A stretch of 64,000 nucleotides of DNA from Alphaproteobacteria bacterium (lineage in GTDB: Bacteria > Pseudomonadota > Alphaproteobacteria > MPNO01 > UBA830), in assembly GCA_038146925.1 (NCBI GenBank), contig JAYQSP010000011.1, positions 170,888 to 234,887 of the forward strand. The letters are read 5' to 3'. Positions within the stretch are counted from its first letter, which is position 1, and the number at the start of each line of letters is the position of its first letter. Below, piece by piece: positions 48,717 through 58,681 of the stretch. The position numbers were made by a program, and so were the translations under genes. The notes beneath the pieces are model-generated. The model saw nothing but the letters and a program-made list of their open reading frames with translations. It was not told the origin of the DNA and ran no database searches.

Positions 48717-50351
48717 CTAGGCCGCAATGTTCATCGGGGCAAGCGGCGCGTTCCCCATCATCAGGTCGGCGGCGCGGTCGGCGAAGGCCATGGTCGGCGC
48801 GTTGATATTGCCGCCCAGCATGTCCGGGAAGATCGACGCGTCGATGACGCGCAGGTTCTCCGCGCCGCGGACCCGCATTTCCGGATCGACCACGGCCATG
48901 TCGTCGCTGTCGGGTCCCATCTTGCAGGTGCCAAGCGGGTGGTGGACCGTCCAGGCGGTTCGCTTGATGAACTCGTCGATGGATTCGCCCGCCGGCTGGA
49001 TTTCCGGGCCGCGGAACCCGTCCAGTGCCTTCTGACCCGCGATTTCCTTGACGATGCCGATGCCTTCGCGCAGCAGATCCCAGTCTTCCTGCTCGGACAG
49101 GAATTTCTGATAGATCAGCGCGTGATCCGCAGGGTTGGCCGACGCCAGTTTCAGTTCACCCCGGCTTTTCGGGTGCAGGACGACCGGGCGCACCATGAAG
49201 GCGTCCTTCGGCTTGGGCCGGATGCCCGGGAACCAGGGCTGCGATTCCGGCGGGATGAAACGCGCCAGCAGTTGCAGGTCGGGCTGCGGCAGGTCCTCTT
49301 TTGTGGTGATATAGCCGGTCAACGGGCCCGGCATCTCGGTCGCGAATCCCGTGCCCATGAAATAGGCCTGCGCCATGGACATGATCAGCCGGTCCCAGCG
49401 CAGCGTTCCGACGAAGGGCCCGTCGCCGATGCGTTCGTATTCCACGCCGACCGACAGGTGGTCCTGCAGATTCTGGCCGACGCCTTTCAGGTCGATGGCG
49501 GCATCGATGCCGTGTTCCTTCAGATGGTCGCCATTGCCGATGCCCGAAAGCATTAGCAGTTGCGGCGAATTGATGACGCCGCCGGAAACGACGACTTCGC
49601 GCTCGGCGCGTGCCGTGGTGACGGCTCCGCCGTTCACGTCGGAATACTCGACCCCGACGGCCTTGGTGCCTTCCAGCACCACCCTGTGCACCAGCTTCTT
49701 GGTAATGACGGTCAGGTTCGATCGTTTCATGGCCGGCCGCAGATAGGCCACGGCGGCACTGCAGCGCTTGCCGTTGCGGATCGTGGATTGCAGGGTGCCG
49801 AGGCCTTCGTTCTGCGCGCCGTTGTAATCCGGCGTGCGCGAATACCCCGCCTGTTCGCCGGCTTTCAGCCAGGCTTCGTGCAGCGGATCGGGATATTTGT
49901 TCTCAATCGTGGTCAGCGGTCCGCCGGTGCCGCGCAACGGCTGGTCGCCCTTTTCCCAGTCCTCCGCCTTGATGAAATAGGGCAGGATATCGGCATAGGA
50001 CCAACCGGCGCAGCCGTTTCGCGCCCAGCGGTCGTAATCTTCGCGATGGCAGCGGACATAGGCCATGGCGTTGATCGACGACGATCCGCCCAGCACCTTG
50101 CCGCGCGCGCATTCGACCTTGCGGTTGTTGAACTCTTCCTCTTCCTCGGTGAAATAGCCCCAGTCGAACAGACGTTCGAACAGGATCTTGCCCCAGCCCA
50201 GCGGCACCGCGATCAGCGGGCTGCGGTCGCTACCGCCGGCTTCGATCAGCAGCACTTGCGTGTCGGGGTTTTCGGTCAGGCGGTTGGCCAGCGTGCAACC
50301 CGCCGACCCGGCACCCACGATGATGTAGTCGTAGCTTTTCCCGTTGCTCAT
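48717..50351 (-). CDS. GMC-family oxidoreductase (choline-dehydrogenase-like)
   Basis: YDYIIVGAGSAGCTLANRL N-terminus and GMC signature regions. Confidence 0.9.
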   Translation of the reverse strand: MSNGKSYDYIIVGAGSAGCTLANRLTENPDTQVLLIEAGGSDRSPLIAVPLGWGKILFERLFDWGYFTEEEEEFNNRKVECARGKVLGGSSSINAMAYVRCHREDYDRWARNGCAGWSYADILPYFIKAEDWEKGDQPLRGTGGPLTTIENKYPDPLHEAWLKAGEQAGYSRTPDYNGAQNEGLGTLQSTIRNGKRCSAAVAYLRPAMKRSNLTVITKKLVHRVVLEGTKAVGVEYSDVNGGAVTTARAEREVVVSGGVINSPQLLMLSGIGNGDHLKEHGIDAAIDLKGVGQNLQDHLSVGVEYERIGDGPFVGTLRWDRLIMSMAQAYFMGTGFATEMPGPLTGYITTKEDLPQPDLQLLARFIPPESQPWFPGIRPKPKDAFMVRPVVLHPKSRGELKLASANPADHALIYQKFLSEQEDWDLLREGIGIVKEIAGQKALDGFRGPEIQPAGESIDEFIKRTAWTVHHPLGTCKMGPDSDDMAVVDPEMRVRGAENLRVIDASIFPDMLGGNINAPTMAFADRAADLMMGNAPLAPMNIAA

Positions 50352-50436
50352 TTTTCGTGCCCCTGCGAATGCGTCTTGTTAATTTACCGCAGGATAGCAT
50401 ACGGATTTCACATCCCAACAGCCCATCCGCGAGATC

Positions 50437-51444
50437 ATGACCGTATCCGAAGATTTCATCCGCCGTCTGCCCAAAGCCGAACTGCATCTCCACATCGAAG
50501 GCAGCTTCGAGCCGGAGCTGATGTTCGGGATCGCCCGGCGCAATGACGTAACGCTTGCCTACGCCACCATCGAGGAGCTGAAAGCGGCTTACGATTTTGC
50601 CGATCTGCAGGAATTTCTCGATCTCTACTATTCGGGAATGAGCGTCCTGCTGACGGAACGGGACTTCTACGACCTGACGGCGGCCTACCTGAAACGGGCG
50701 GTTGCCGACGGTGTCGTGCATACCGAAATCTTCTTCGATCCGCAGGGGCACACGGAACGCGGCGTCGCGTTCGACACCGTGCTGGACGGCATCTGGCGGG
50801 CGCTGCGGGACGCGGAGGCCGAACACGGCATCACCTCGCGGCTGATCATGTGTTTCCTGAGGCACCTGCCCGAGGAAGACGCGTTCCCGGTGCTGGAGGC
50901 AGCGATGGACCACCGCGACCGGATCGTCGGTGTCGGGCTTGATTCTTCGGAACTCGGCCATCCGCCGCAGAAATACGAACGCGTCTTCGCCGCCGCGCGC
51001 GAGGCCGGCTTCAAGCTCGTCGCCCATGCGGGCGAGGAAGGCCCGCCGGAATACGTCCGCGATACGCTCGATCTGCTGAAGGTCGACCGCGTCGATCACG
51101 GCAATGCCGCCATGCAGGACCCGGATCTGGTCGCGAGGCTGGCCGGGGAGAAAACGCCACTGACGGTTTGCCCGCTGTCCAACTATCGGCTCCAGGGGGT
51201 GACCGACATGTCCCGCCATCCGCTAAAGGCGATGCTGGATGCCGGCGTCGTGGCGACTGTGAATTCCGACGATCCCGCCTATTTCGGCGGTTACGTTCTG
51301 GACAACTATACTGCGGTCCGCGACGCGCTGAACCTGTCGCGGGACGAAATCGTGACCCTGGCGAAAAACTCGATTACAGCGTCGTTCCTGGATGGGCATG
51401 CGAAGGCGAAGTGGCTGGGGGAGATCGACGCGCTGGCGTCCTAG
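50437..51444 (+). CDS. adenosine-deaminase-family amidohydrolase
   Basis: LPKAELHLHIEGS metal-binding motif and ...SDDP. Confidence 0.85.
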   Translation: MTVSEDFIRRLPKAELHLHIEGSFEPELMFGIARRNDVTLAYATIEELKAAYDFADLQEFLDLYYSGMSVLLTERDFYDLTAAYLKRAVADGVVHTEIFFDPQGHTERGVAFDTVLDGIWRALRDAEAEHGITSRLIMCFLRHLPEEDAFPVLEAAMDHRDRIVGVGLDSSELGHPPQKYERVFAAAREAGFKLVAHAGEEGPPEYVRDTLDLLKVDRVDHGNAAMQDPDLVARLAGEKTPLTVCPLSNYRLQGVTDMSRHPLKAMLDAGVVATVNSDDPAYFGGYVLDNYTAVRDALNLSRDEIVTLAKNSITASFLDGHAKAKWLGEIDALAS

Positions 51445-51505
51445 GATTTGACACTCCGCCGGCTCCGTAGCACCCTTCGCGCCGTATATTCCGCCGTTAC
51501 CAAAG

Positions 51506-52765
51506 GTGCCCGAGATGGACGACCGTATCGCCCGCTGGGAAGCCCGCCCAGATCTGCCGCCCACCCATTACGTCGACAACCGCATCTTCACCGATCCGGC
51601 GATCTTCGATGACGAGCAGGCGCGGATATTCGCCGGGGGCTGGAAGCTGGTGTGTCATGAGTCCGAGTTGCCGGAAGCCGGCAGTTACCGGGCGCTGACG
51701 CTGGGCGGGCGGCCGATCCTGGTGGTGCGGGGCCGGGATCAGGCAGATGGCAGTCCCGGCGACATCCGCGCCTTCTTCAATATCTGTCCGCATCGCGGCG
51801 CGCCTCTGGCGCGGGACGAGCGCGGTACGTTCGGCAAGCGTATCCAGTGTTTCTACCATCTGTGGACGTTCGATCTGGAGGGTGCCTGCACCGGCATCAC
51901 CCGGCCCGAAGGGTACGAACCGGTCGGGCTGTCGAAAGACGATGTAGGCCTGCGGCCGGTCCGGACAGAGGTGCTCGGCGGGCTGGTGTTCGTATCGATC
52001 GACGACGACGTCGCGCCGCTGGCGGATTTCCTGGGGCCGATCGCCGACAATATCCGCCTGCATTTTCCGGAGGACGAGGAGCTGGAAGTCTTCCACTTTC
52101 ACCGCTCGGAAATCCGCTGCAACTGGAAGCTCTGGGTCGATAACAATTCCGAGCAGTATCACGAATTCCTGCACGTCCTGAACCGCAAGACAGGTCTGTC
52201 GCAGCCGAACTATCACGAACGCCGCTGGCATCTGCATCCCAACGGCCATCATGCGATGGACCAGGGGGCGATGAATTACGGCGGCGTCGGGCTGGAGGCG
52301 CGGCGCGATCGCCTGATGCCGGGCATGGAGCCGGATGCGCTGATGGTGATGCTGCTGTTCCCCGACGTGATGATCAACGTGCGCGCCACCGTGATGCGCC
52401 TCGATACCATCACGCCGGTGGCGCCCGACCGCACGGTCGTCGAATGGCGCGGTCTGGGGCTGAAGTCCGACACGCCCGAACAGCGCGACGAACGGATCCG
52501 CCATCACAACCAGGTCTGGGGGCCGGCGGGCCGCAACCTGCCGGAAGACATCGCGGCGGTGGAATCGCAGCAGCGGGCGATGGAAAGCGGCGCGTTTCCA
52601 TGGTCGCTCTATGCGCGGGAGGAAGACCTGCGCCCGCAGGACGATTCCAACCTGCGCTCGTTCTATCAGGAATGGGGCCGGCGCATCGGCCGCTGGCCGC
52701 ACGACGTGGACGCGGAACGCGGCGACGAACCCAGCCTGTCGGTAATCGGCGGGGCCGCCGAATGA
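51506..52765 (+). CDS. Rieske oxygenase alpha subunit (third copy)
   Basis: CPHRG...CFYHLW motif. Confidence 0.9.
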   Translation: MPEMDDRIARWEARPDLPPTHYVDNRIFTDPAIFDDEQARIFAGGWKLVCHESELPEAGSYRALTLGGRPILVVRGRDQADGSPGDIRAFFNICPHRGAPLARDERGTFGKRIQCFYHLWTFDLEGACTGITRPEGYEPVGLSKDDVGLRPVRTEVLGGLVFVSIDDDVAPLADFLGPIADNIRLHFPEDEELEVFHFHRSEIRCNWKLWVDNNSEQYHEFLHVLNRKTGLSQPNYHERRWHLHPNGHHAMDQGAMNYGGVGLEARRDRLMPGMEPDALMVMLLFPDVMINVRATVMRLDTITPVAPDRTVVEWRGLGLKSDTPEQRDERIRHHNQVWGPAGRNLPEDIAAVESQQRAMESGAFPWSLYAREEDLRPQDDSNLRSFYQEWGRRIGRWPHDVDAERGDEPSLSVIGGAAE

Positions 52766-53241
52766 GCGCTGACGCAGGCAGGCTGCAGGATCGCGAAGAT
52801 ATCCGCACCCTGATCAGTCGGTCGGTCCGGTCGCTGAACGAGGGCCGGTTCGCCGATTTCATTGCCTTGTTCGCGGACGGCGGACATTACGTGCTGGAAG
52901 CCGACAGTGCCGAAATCGGCAAGACCATGATCTGGCTCGATCTCGATCGGAACGAACTGGATGCCTTGCTCGAAGAATCGCCGCAGCACGTGCACGACCT
53001 TGCCGCCCGGAAACATATGGTGACGGTCGAGGAAGTCGACTTTGCCGTGGATGGCACGGCAGTGGAGGCGCTTTCCAGCTTTTCGGTGTTTCGCACCGAT
53101 ATCGATGGCCGGACGGAGGTCTATGCCGTCGGGAATTACGAAGACCAACTCGTTGGCGGCGAGGACGGCTGGCGGATCGCGCGGCGCCGGGTGAGGGTTC
53201 AGACACGGATGTTTCGCACGCCGACACCGACGCCGCTATAA
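52762..53241 (+). CDS. Rieske oxygenase beta-subunit-like (SnoaL/NTF2 fold)
   Basis: 159 aa; ATGA overlap with the alpha subunit. Confidence 0.7.
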   Translation: MSADAGRLQDREDIRTLISRSVRSLNEGRFADFIALFADGGHYVLEADSAEIGKTMIWLDLDRNELDALLEESPQHVHDLAARKHMVTVEEVDFAVDGTAVEALSSFSVFRTDIDGRTEVYAVGNYEDQLVGGEDGWRIARRRVRVQTRMFRTPTPTPL

Positions 53242-53274
53242 TGCCGCTGCGCATACCTATCCGGAAGTAACTCC

Positions 53275-54909
53275 ATGATCGAAACACCTGTTATCATCGT
53301 CGGCGGCGGGCCGGTCGGTATGAACCTGGCTCTGGATCTCGCCTGGCGGGACGTGCCGTGCATGCTGGTCAATGAACCGAAGACGACGCCGAACCATCCG
53401 CAGGGCAATACGCATAATGCGCGGACCATGGAAATCTACCGGCGTCTGGGGATTGCCGACCGGATGCGCGATGTCGGCCTGCCGATGGATCACTGCGGCG
53501 ATGCGATTTTCGTCACCCGGATCAATTCCCATGAAATCGGCCGCATCAGGATTCCCACCCTGCGCGAACGTCTTACGCCCGGGTCGTTCGACCTGGAAAT
53601 CGGCCCGGAACCGCTGCAGCGCGCGTCTCAGATGTTCGTCGAACGCATCCTGAAGGAGGAACTCGATACGCGCGATACCGTCGATATGCGGTTCGGCTGG
53701 AAGATGACCGGATTCGCGCCGGCGGAAGACGGCGTGACCGTGGACATCGAGAACGTCGAAACCGGCGAAACCGAAACCGTGTCCTGCGGTTATCTGGTCG
53801 GCTGCGACGGCGGGCGCAGCACGATCCGGCGCAGCCTCGGCATCGAATACGACGGCAAGTCAGGCGAGGAAGTCGACTTCATGATGGGCCAGATGCTGTC
53901 GGTCTATTTTTATGCCCCCGCGTTGTACGACGTCATGAAGACCGACGCGCCGTGGCAGTTTCATTCCATGAACCCTGAAGGCCGCGCCTCCATCGTCGCC
54001 CTCGACGGCAAGGGACATTTTCTTACCTGGGCCAAGCTGGAACCTGGTCAGGATGCCGAGACTCTCGATCCGCGCCCCTATATCTGGCGCGTCGTAGGAG
54101 AGGAAATTCCGGTCGAGATTCTGTCGTCCAAGCCCTGGCAGGCCGGTCTGTCGCTTGTGGCGGACGAATATCAACGCGGTCGCGTGATCCTTGCGGGGGA
54201 CGCGGTACACCTGTTCACTCCGACCGGCGGGTTCGGCATGAACACGGGCGTTGGCGATGCCGAAAACCTGGGCTGGAAGCTGGCGGCCTGGCACGATGGC
54301 TGGGCCGGAGACGGTCTGATCGACACGTACGAAACCGAACGCCGCCCGGTGGCGATCCGGAACCTGGCGCAGTCCTATGCTCTGGCGCAGGCGAAATCTT
54401 CGCTGTCCGTACCGCAGGGGATTGAAGACGAAACACCCGAAGGAGAGAAACTGAGGGAAGATCTCGGCGCCCGTACGGAAGAGGCGCTGGCCGAGGAGTA
54501 TTTTTCCATGGGTATTCAGCTTGGCGCCCGTTACGACGACTCGCCGATTATCCATGCCGAGGAAGGCGAGATCCGGACCAGCGATCCGTTCACCTATGTC
54601 CCGACGGCCTGGCCCGGAGGTCGGGCACCACATCGCTGGCTGTCGGATGGAACCGCCTTGTTCGATCATTTCGGCAAGGGGTTCACTCTGTTGCGCCTCG
54701 GCGGCACGGCGGCGGATACGACGGCGCTGGAACAGGCCGCCGCCGAAAAGGGAGTCCCGCTAACGATCTTCGACGAGCCCGACCCTGAAACCCGGGCGTT
54801 GTACGAAGCGGACCTGGCGCTTATACGTCCCGATCAGTACGTGGCCTGGCGTGGTCAGGCGGTGCCGGACGATCCGGCGACGCTGATCGATCTGGTGCGG
54901 GGAAGCTAA
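53275..54909 (+). CDS. FAD-dependent aromatic-hydroxylase-type monooxygenase (PheA/TfdB family)
   Basis: VIIVGGGPVGM...GDAVH motifs, 544 aa. Confidence 0.85.
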   Translation: MIETPVIIVGGGPVGMNLALDLAWRDVPCMLVNEPKTTPNHPQGNTHNARTMEIYRRLGIADRMRDVGLPMDHCGDAIFVTRINSHEIGRIRIPTLRERLTPGSFDLEIGPEPLQRASQMFVERILKEELDTRDTVDMRFGWKMTGFAPAEDGVTVDIENVETGETETVSCGYLVGCDGGRSTIRRSLGIEYDGKSGEEVDFMMGQMLSVYFYAPALYDVMKTDAPWQFHSMNPEGRASIVALDGKGHFLTWAKLEPGQDAETLDPRPYIWRVVGEEIPVEILSSKPWQAGLSLVADEYQRGRVILAGDAVHLFTPTGGFGMNTGVGDAENLGWKLAAWHDGWAGDGLIDTYETERRPVAIRNLAQSYALAQAKSSLSVPQGIEDETPEGEKLREDLGARTEEALAEEYFSMGIQLGARYDDSPIIHAEEGEIRTSDPFTYVPTAWPGGRAPHRWLSDGTALFDHFGKGFTLLRLGGTAADTTALEQAAAEKGVPLTIFDEPDPETRALYEADLALIRPDQYVAWRGQAVPDDPATLIDLVRGS

Positions 54910-55045
54910 GCACGCACCGTTTTATTGTTCTGTCCGCAATATATTTTTGACCGTCCGATAATCTCACGCGCTTTCATCGCGGGATCGGCGCTGTATTCTG
55001 TCGGCACTATAAACAGCGGCTGATTGAGACGGGGAAGCAGAGACG

Positions 55046-57004
55046 ATGCCCATAGACGTGGACTGGTGCGAATACGATGTCGTTGTCGTGGGGTCCGGCG
55101 GCGCGGGCAGCCATGCGGCGCAGGCTGCCGCAGCGACCGGCGCGCGTGTGTTGGTGGTTTCGAAAGATCCCATCGGCTGTTCCGATACCAAGATTTCCGA
55201 AGGTATCGCGACCGTGCGCGAATCCGGATCGAATGACGATTCCGAGGAAACGCTTTCAGAAAACCTGAAGATGGCCGGTGGCGATCTGCCGGTGAATGCG
55301 ATCACCGATGCCTTCGCCGCCGACAGTAAGGACGCCTATGACGCCTATCGGATGCAGGGATTGCGTCCCGATATCGATGCCGAACGGGACACACCGAAAC
55401 CCCTGCCGCTGCCGATGGGCGGACACACAAGGCGCCGCTCGGTCGGGCACCGCAACAGCGGCGTGGCATTCGGCCATGCCAACTGGAATGCCGTGGTTCA
55501 GGGAGACAGCATCGATTACCTGGAAGACAGCTGGTTTCTCGATCTCGTGACGGAGGAAAGCGATCACGGCGCCAAAACCGTGGCCGGCGGGCTCATCTAT
55601 CATGCCGCGCTGGGCAAGCTGATCGCCGTTAAAACGTCTTCCGTCGTCATCGCCTGCGGCGGGCTGTCGACGTTGTATTTCCCGAAGACCGACACCATGC
55701 GCGGCAACACGGGCGATTCCTATGCCATCGCCGCACGGGCCGGGGCCGACCTGGTCGATATGGAACAGGTCCAGTTTCTGCCGTTCTGTCTGGCGTCGCC
55801 GCCGTCCTACGAAGGGCTGCTCGTCGGCGAACCGGTCACGGCGAGCTATCTCGGCGTTCTGCGCGACAGGAACGGCAAGGTTATTCTGGACGGCGTGTTC
55901 CTGCGGACCCGGGCGGAATGCTCGTCGGCGATCATGCGGGCGGTAGAAGACGGCCGCGGTAGCCCCAATGGCGGCGCCTATCTGGATATGACGGCCAACA
56001 AGCGTCCGCCGCGATCCGGCCCCTATTTCATGCGGTTTCTCGAATCCGCGTTGCCGTCTGCTTACAAGGTCGCCCGTCAGGCGATGAGCAAGGCGGCGGC
56101 AAACTGCGAGGAACCCTGGGAAGTCCGTCCGAGCGCCCATTACATGATGGGAGGTATCCGCGCGGACGAACACGGGGCCGCGGTCGCCGGCGACGGCGAT
56201 GGATCGGCTGACCGGGGTCTTACCGGTCTGTTCACGGCCGGCCAGGCCATGGGCGGGGTGTTCGGCGCCAACCGTCTCGGTTCCACGTCGCTGACCGAAG
56301 GGGCGGTCTTCGGAAGGCGCGCCGGCGCGGCAGCGGCGGCTCTGGCGCGGCGCTCCCAGTCGCGAAAAATTCGCGAAGACTTGTTCCGACCCCTGATCGA
56401 GGCGACGCGAGCGCGGTTCGGGCAAAAGGGCGACTGCGCGGCGGCAGGTCTGAAGCTCGAACTTCAAAAGGCGGCCTGGATCGATATCGGGCCGGTTCGG
56501 ACCGCCGACCGAATCGCCGAAATGGAGCGGGTTCTTTCCGATCTGGAGGCAAAGCTGGAACGCGTGGTTATTCCCGAATACGCGGAATGGAATCAGGCCT
56601 TCATCGAATTCGAGGAACTGCGCAATCTGATCGCGTCGGCACGGGCGGTATCGGTCGCCTCGCGCGAACGTGACGGCAGCCTGGGCGGGCATGTCCGACT
56701 CGACGGCAAACAGATTTCGCCATTCTCTCAGCCCTATTCCACGGTCGTAACGAAGAACGCTGCCGGCGATTGGCAGGTCCGGCGCGTCGAACGCGACCGC
56801 ACTCCGTTGAAACAGATACTTTCCTTCAAATACCAGGATATGAAGCGCAAAGCCCAGGTGAAGTGGTTGCGCATGCTGCCGGCCGGCATGCAGGACCGGG
56901 CGCTCGAAAAGAAATATCTTGCGGTCATGGGGACCGGCGGTGCCGCGGAGGAAGTGATGCCCGGCGGCACGAACGCCGCCGTCGGAGAGGCAACGCAGGC
57001 ATGA
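55046..57004 (+). CDS. SdhA/FrdA/NadB-like FAD flavoprotein
   Basis: VVVVGSGGAGSHAA and FAD_binding_2 layout, 652 aa. Confidence 0.8.
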   Translation: MPIDVDWCEYDVVVVGSGGAGSHAAQAAAATGARVLVVSKDPIGCSDTKISEGIATVRESGSNDDSEETLSENLKMAGGDLPVNAITDAFAADSKDAYDAYRMQGLRPDIDAERDTPKPLPLPMGGHTRRRSVGHRNSGVAFGHANWNAVVQGDSIDYLEDSWFLDLVTEESDHGAKTVAGGLIYHAALGKLIAVKTSSVVIACGGLSTLYFPKTDTMRGNTGDSYAIAARAGADLVDMEQVQFLPFCLASPPSYEGLLVGEPVTASYLGVLRDRNGKVILDGVFLRTRAECSSAIMRAVEDGRGSPNGGAYLDMTANKRPPRSGPYFMRFLESALPSAYKVARQAMSKAAANCEEPWEVRPSAHYMMGGIRADEHGAAVAGDGDGSADRGLTGLFTAGQAMGGVFGANRLGSTSLTEGAVFGRRAGAAAAALARRSQSRKIREDLFRPLIEATRARFGQKGDCAAAGLKLELQKAAWIDIGPVRTADRIAEMERVLSDLEAKLERVVIPEYAEWNQAFIEFEELRNLIASARAVSVASRERDGSLGGHVRLDGKQISPFSQPYSTVVTKNAAGDWQVRRVERDRTPLKQILSFKYQDMKRKAQVKWLRMLPAGMQDRALEKKYLAVMGTGGAAEEVMPGGTNAAVGEATQA

Positions 57005-57732
57005 AGGTCGAAATCGTTACCCGCCGCGGCGGTGAAGAAGCAGTCGTCGAATACGACTACGTCCGGCGCGATGAAAACGAAAAGCCGATGATTCTGGACG
57101 TGCTTCTGCAGGCGCAGGCGACGGAGATGCCCGACCTGGCGTTCCGCTATGGCTGCCGCGCCCGGAACTGCGGGGTGTGCACCGTCGATATCAACGGCCG
57201 CCCGCGCATCGCCTGCCGCGCCCGCATCAAGGAGGGCGACCGTATCAGCCCGATGGCGACATTGCCGGCGCTCAGCGATCTGGTGGTGCGCCGCGACGGC
57301 GTCGCCCGCCAGATGCGCGGCCGCTTGGCGACGGCGGGGCAGGGCAACGACCTGAACGTCGAGGCGCCGGACGATTATCACGCCCTGACGGGGTGTATCG
57401 AATGCTATGCCTGCCTGCACGAATGCCCCATGCATGCGCGCAATTTCGGCGGCGGCCTGCCGGAAGACCAGACGCCCGAAAACCGTCCCGATCCGGCGGA
57501 AGGTTATCGGTATGGAAATCCCTTCTCGCTGCTGAAACTGCAGCGTATCCGCATCGATCCGCTGACCTCCGAGGCCGGGAAAGCGGCGGCGCTGAACAAC
57601 GCCATCGATCTCGGCCTCGACGCCTGCGTGGGCTGCAAGGGGTGTAAATGCGGCGTCGGGATCGACCTGATGGGGAAAGTGGTCCGGCCGATGCTTGAAG
57701 CGGCCAGTGATCGGCTGGACTCCAAGATCTAG
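57001..57732 (+). CDS. SdhB-like iron-sulfur subunit ([2Fe-2S] plus Cys-rich 4Fe-4S motifs)
   Basis: CRARNCGVC, CIECYACLHECP and CVGCKGCKC motifs; ATGA overlap with the flavoprotein; no membrane-anchor genes. Confidence 0.8.
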   Translation: MKVEIVTRRGGEEAVVEYDYVRRDENEKPMILDVLLQAQATEMPDLAFRYGCRARNCGVCTVDINGRPRIACRARIKEGDRISPMATLPALSDLVVRRDGVARQMRGRLATAGQGNDLNVEAPDDYHALTGCIECYACLHECPMHARNFGGGLPEDQTPENRPDPAEGYRYGNPFSLLKLQRIRIDPLTSEAGKAAALNNAIDLGLDACVGCKGCKCGVGIDLMGKVVRPMLEAASDRLDSKI

Positions 57733-58661
57733 GTCAATAGCCCGATTACGACGGCGAGCGTGCCGGCCGAAATCGCCGTCGAGATCAATATCGACGACGT
57801 CACCGGCCCGACGAACACGCGGTATTGCTGCGCCACGGTGAAGACGGTCGCGCCGACCGGGACCGCCGCCATCATGGTGGCGACGTTGGTGGTCAGTGTA
57901 TCCAGCACGAAGACCTCGGTGCAGAGCAGCCAGACGAGAACCGGGTGCACGATCAGCTTGGCGATGGTCATCGAGGCGGTTTCGGCGGGCTGGCCGGCCA
58001 GCTTGTACTCGGCAAGGCTGGCGCCGAGGACGAACAGGGCACAGGGTCCCGCTGCACCCGACAGCAGATCGATAAACCGTTCCAGCGGCAGGGCGAGGCC
58101 GGTAAAGCTCCACGCGGCGCCCGCAACAATGGCGATCAGAATCGGATTGCGGATCATGCTCGCCAGCGGCGCCAGCGCGATTTTGGCGATGCTCTGCTGG
58201 TCGCGGCGGCCGCGCGCGATCTCGACAAGGATGATCGTCGTCGGCAGCAGGATCAGCGTATTGAATGCGATCATGGTGGTGATCGGGCCAAGCGACGCGT
58301 CGCCGAAGGTGAGAACGATCAGGGGCAGGCCCAGCAGCACGGTGTTGGAAAAACCGGCACTCATCCCCATCAACGCGCGTTCTTCGCCCGACAGGTCGAA
58401 GACCAGCCGGGAGAAAACCATCAGCAGTATCATGGAGATCAGCCCGCCGCCGAAATAGGCGGCGACGATCAGCGGTTCGACCCCGTCGAATGCCTCGCCT
58501 GAAGCCAGCTTGCCGAACAGCAGTGTCGGCAGCGCGACGTAGAAGACGAAATTGTTGAAGTAGCGCGTCGCGTCCGGCGTCCATTTCGGGGTGCGGGCGA
58601 CGGCGTAACCGACCAGGATCAGCGCGAAGACCGGCGCGATGATGTTCAGAATGGCCGACAT
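57729..58661 (-). CDS. AEC-family (auxin-efflux-carrier / MdcF-like) transporter
   Basis: 310 aa, 10 TM segments. Confidence 0.85.
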   Translation of the reverse strand: MSAILNIIAPVFALILVGYAVARTPKWTPDATRYFNNFVFYVALPTLLFGKLASGEAFDGVEPLIVAAYFGGGLISMILLMVFSRLVFDLSGEERALMGMSAGFSNTVLLGLPLIVLTFGDASLGPITTMIAFNTLILLPTTIILVEIARGRRDQQSIAKIALAPLASMIRNPILIAIVAGAAWSFTGLALPLERFIDLLSGAAGPCALFVLGASLAEYKLAGQPAETASMTIAKLIVHPVLVWLLCTEVFVLDTLTTNVATMMAAVPVGATVFTVAQQYRVFVGPVTSSILISTAISAGTLAVVIGLLT

Positions 58662-58681
58662 GATCTTTCAGCCTGGGACGA

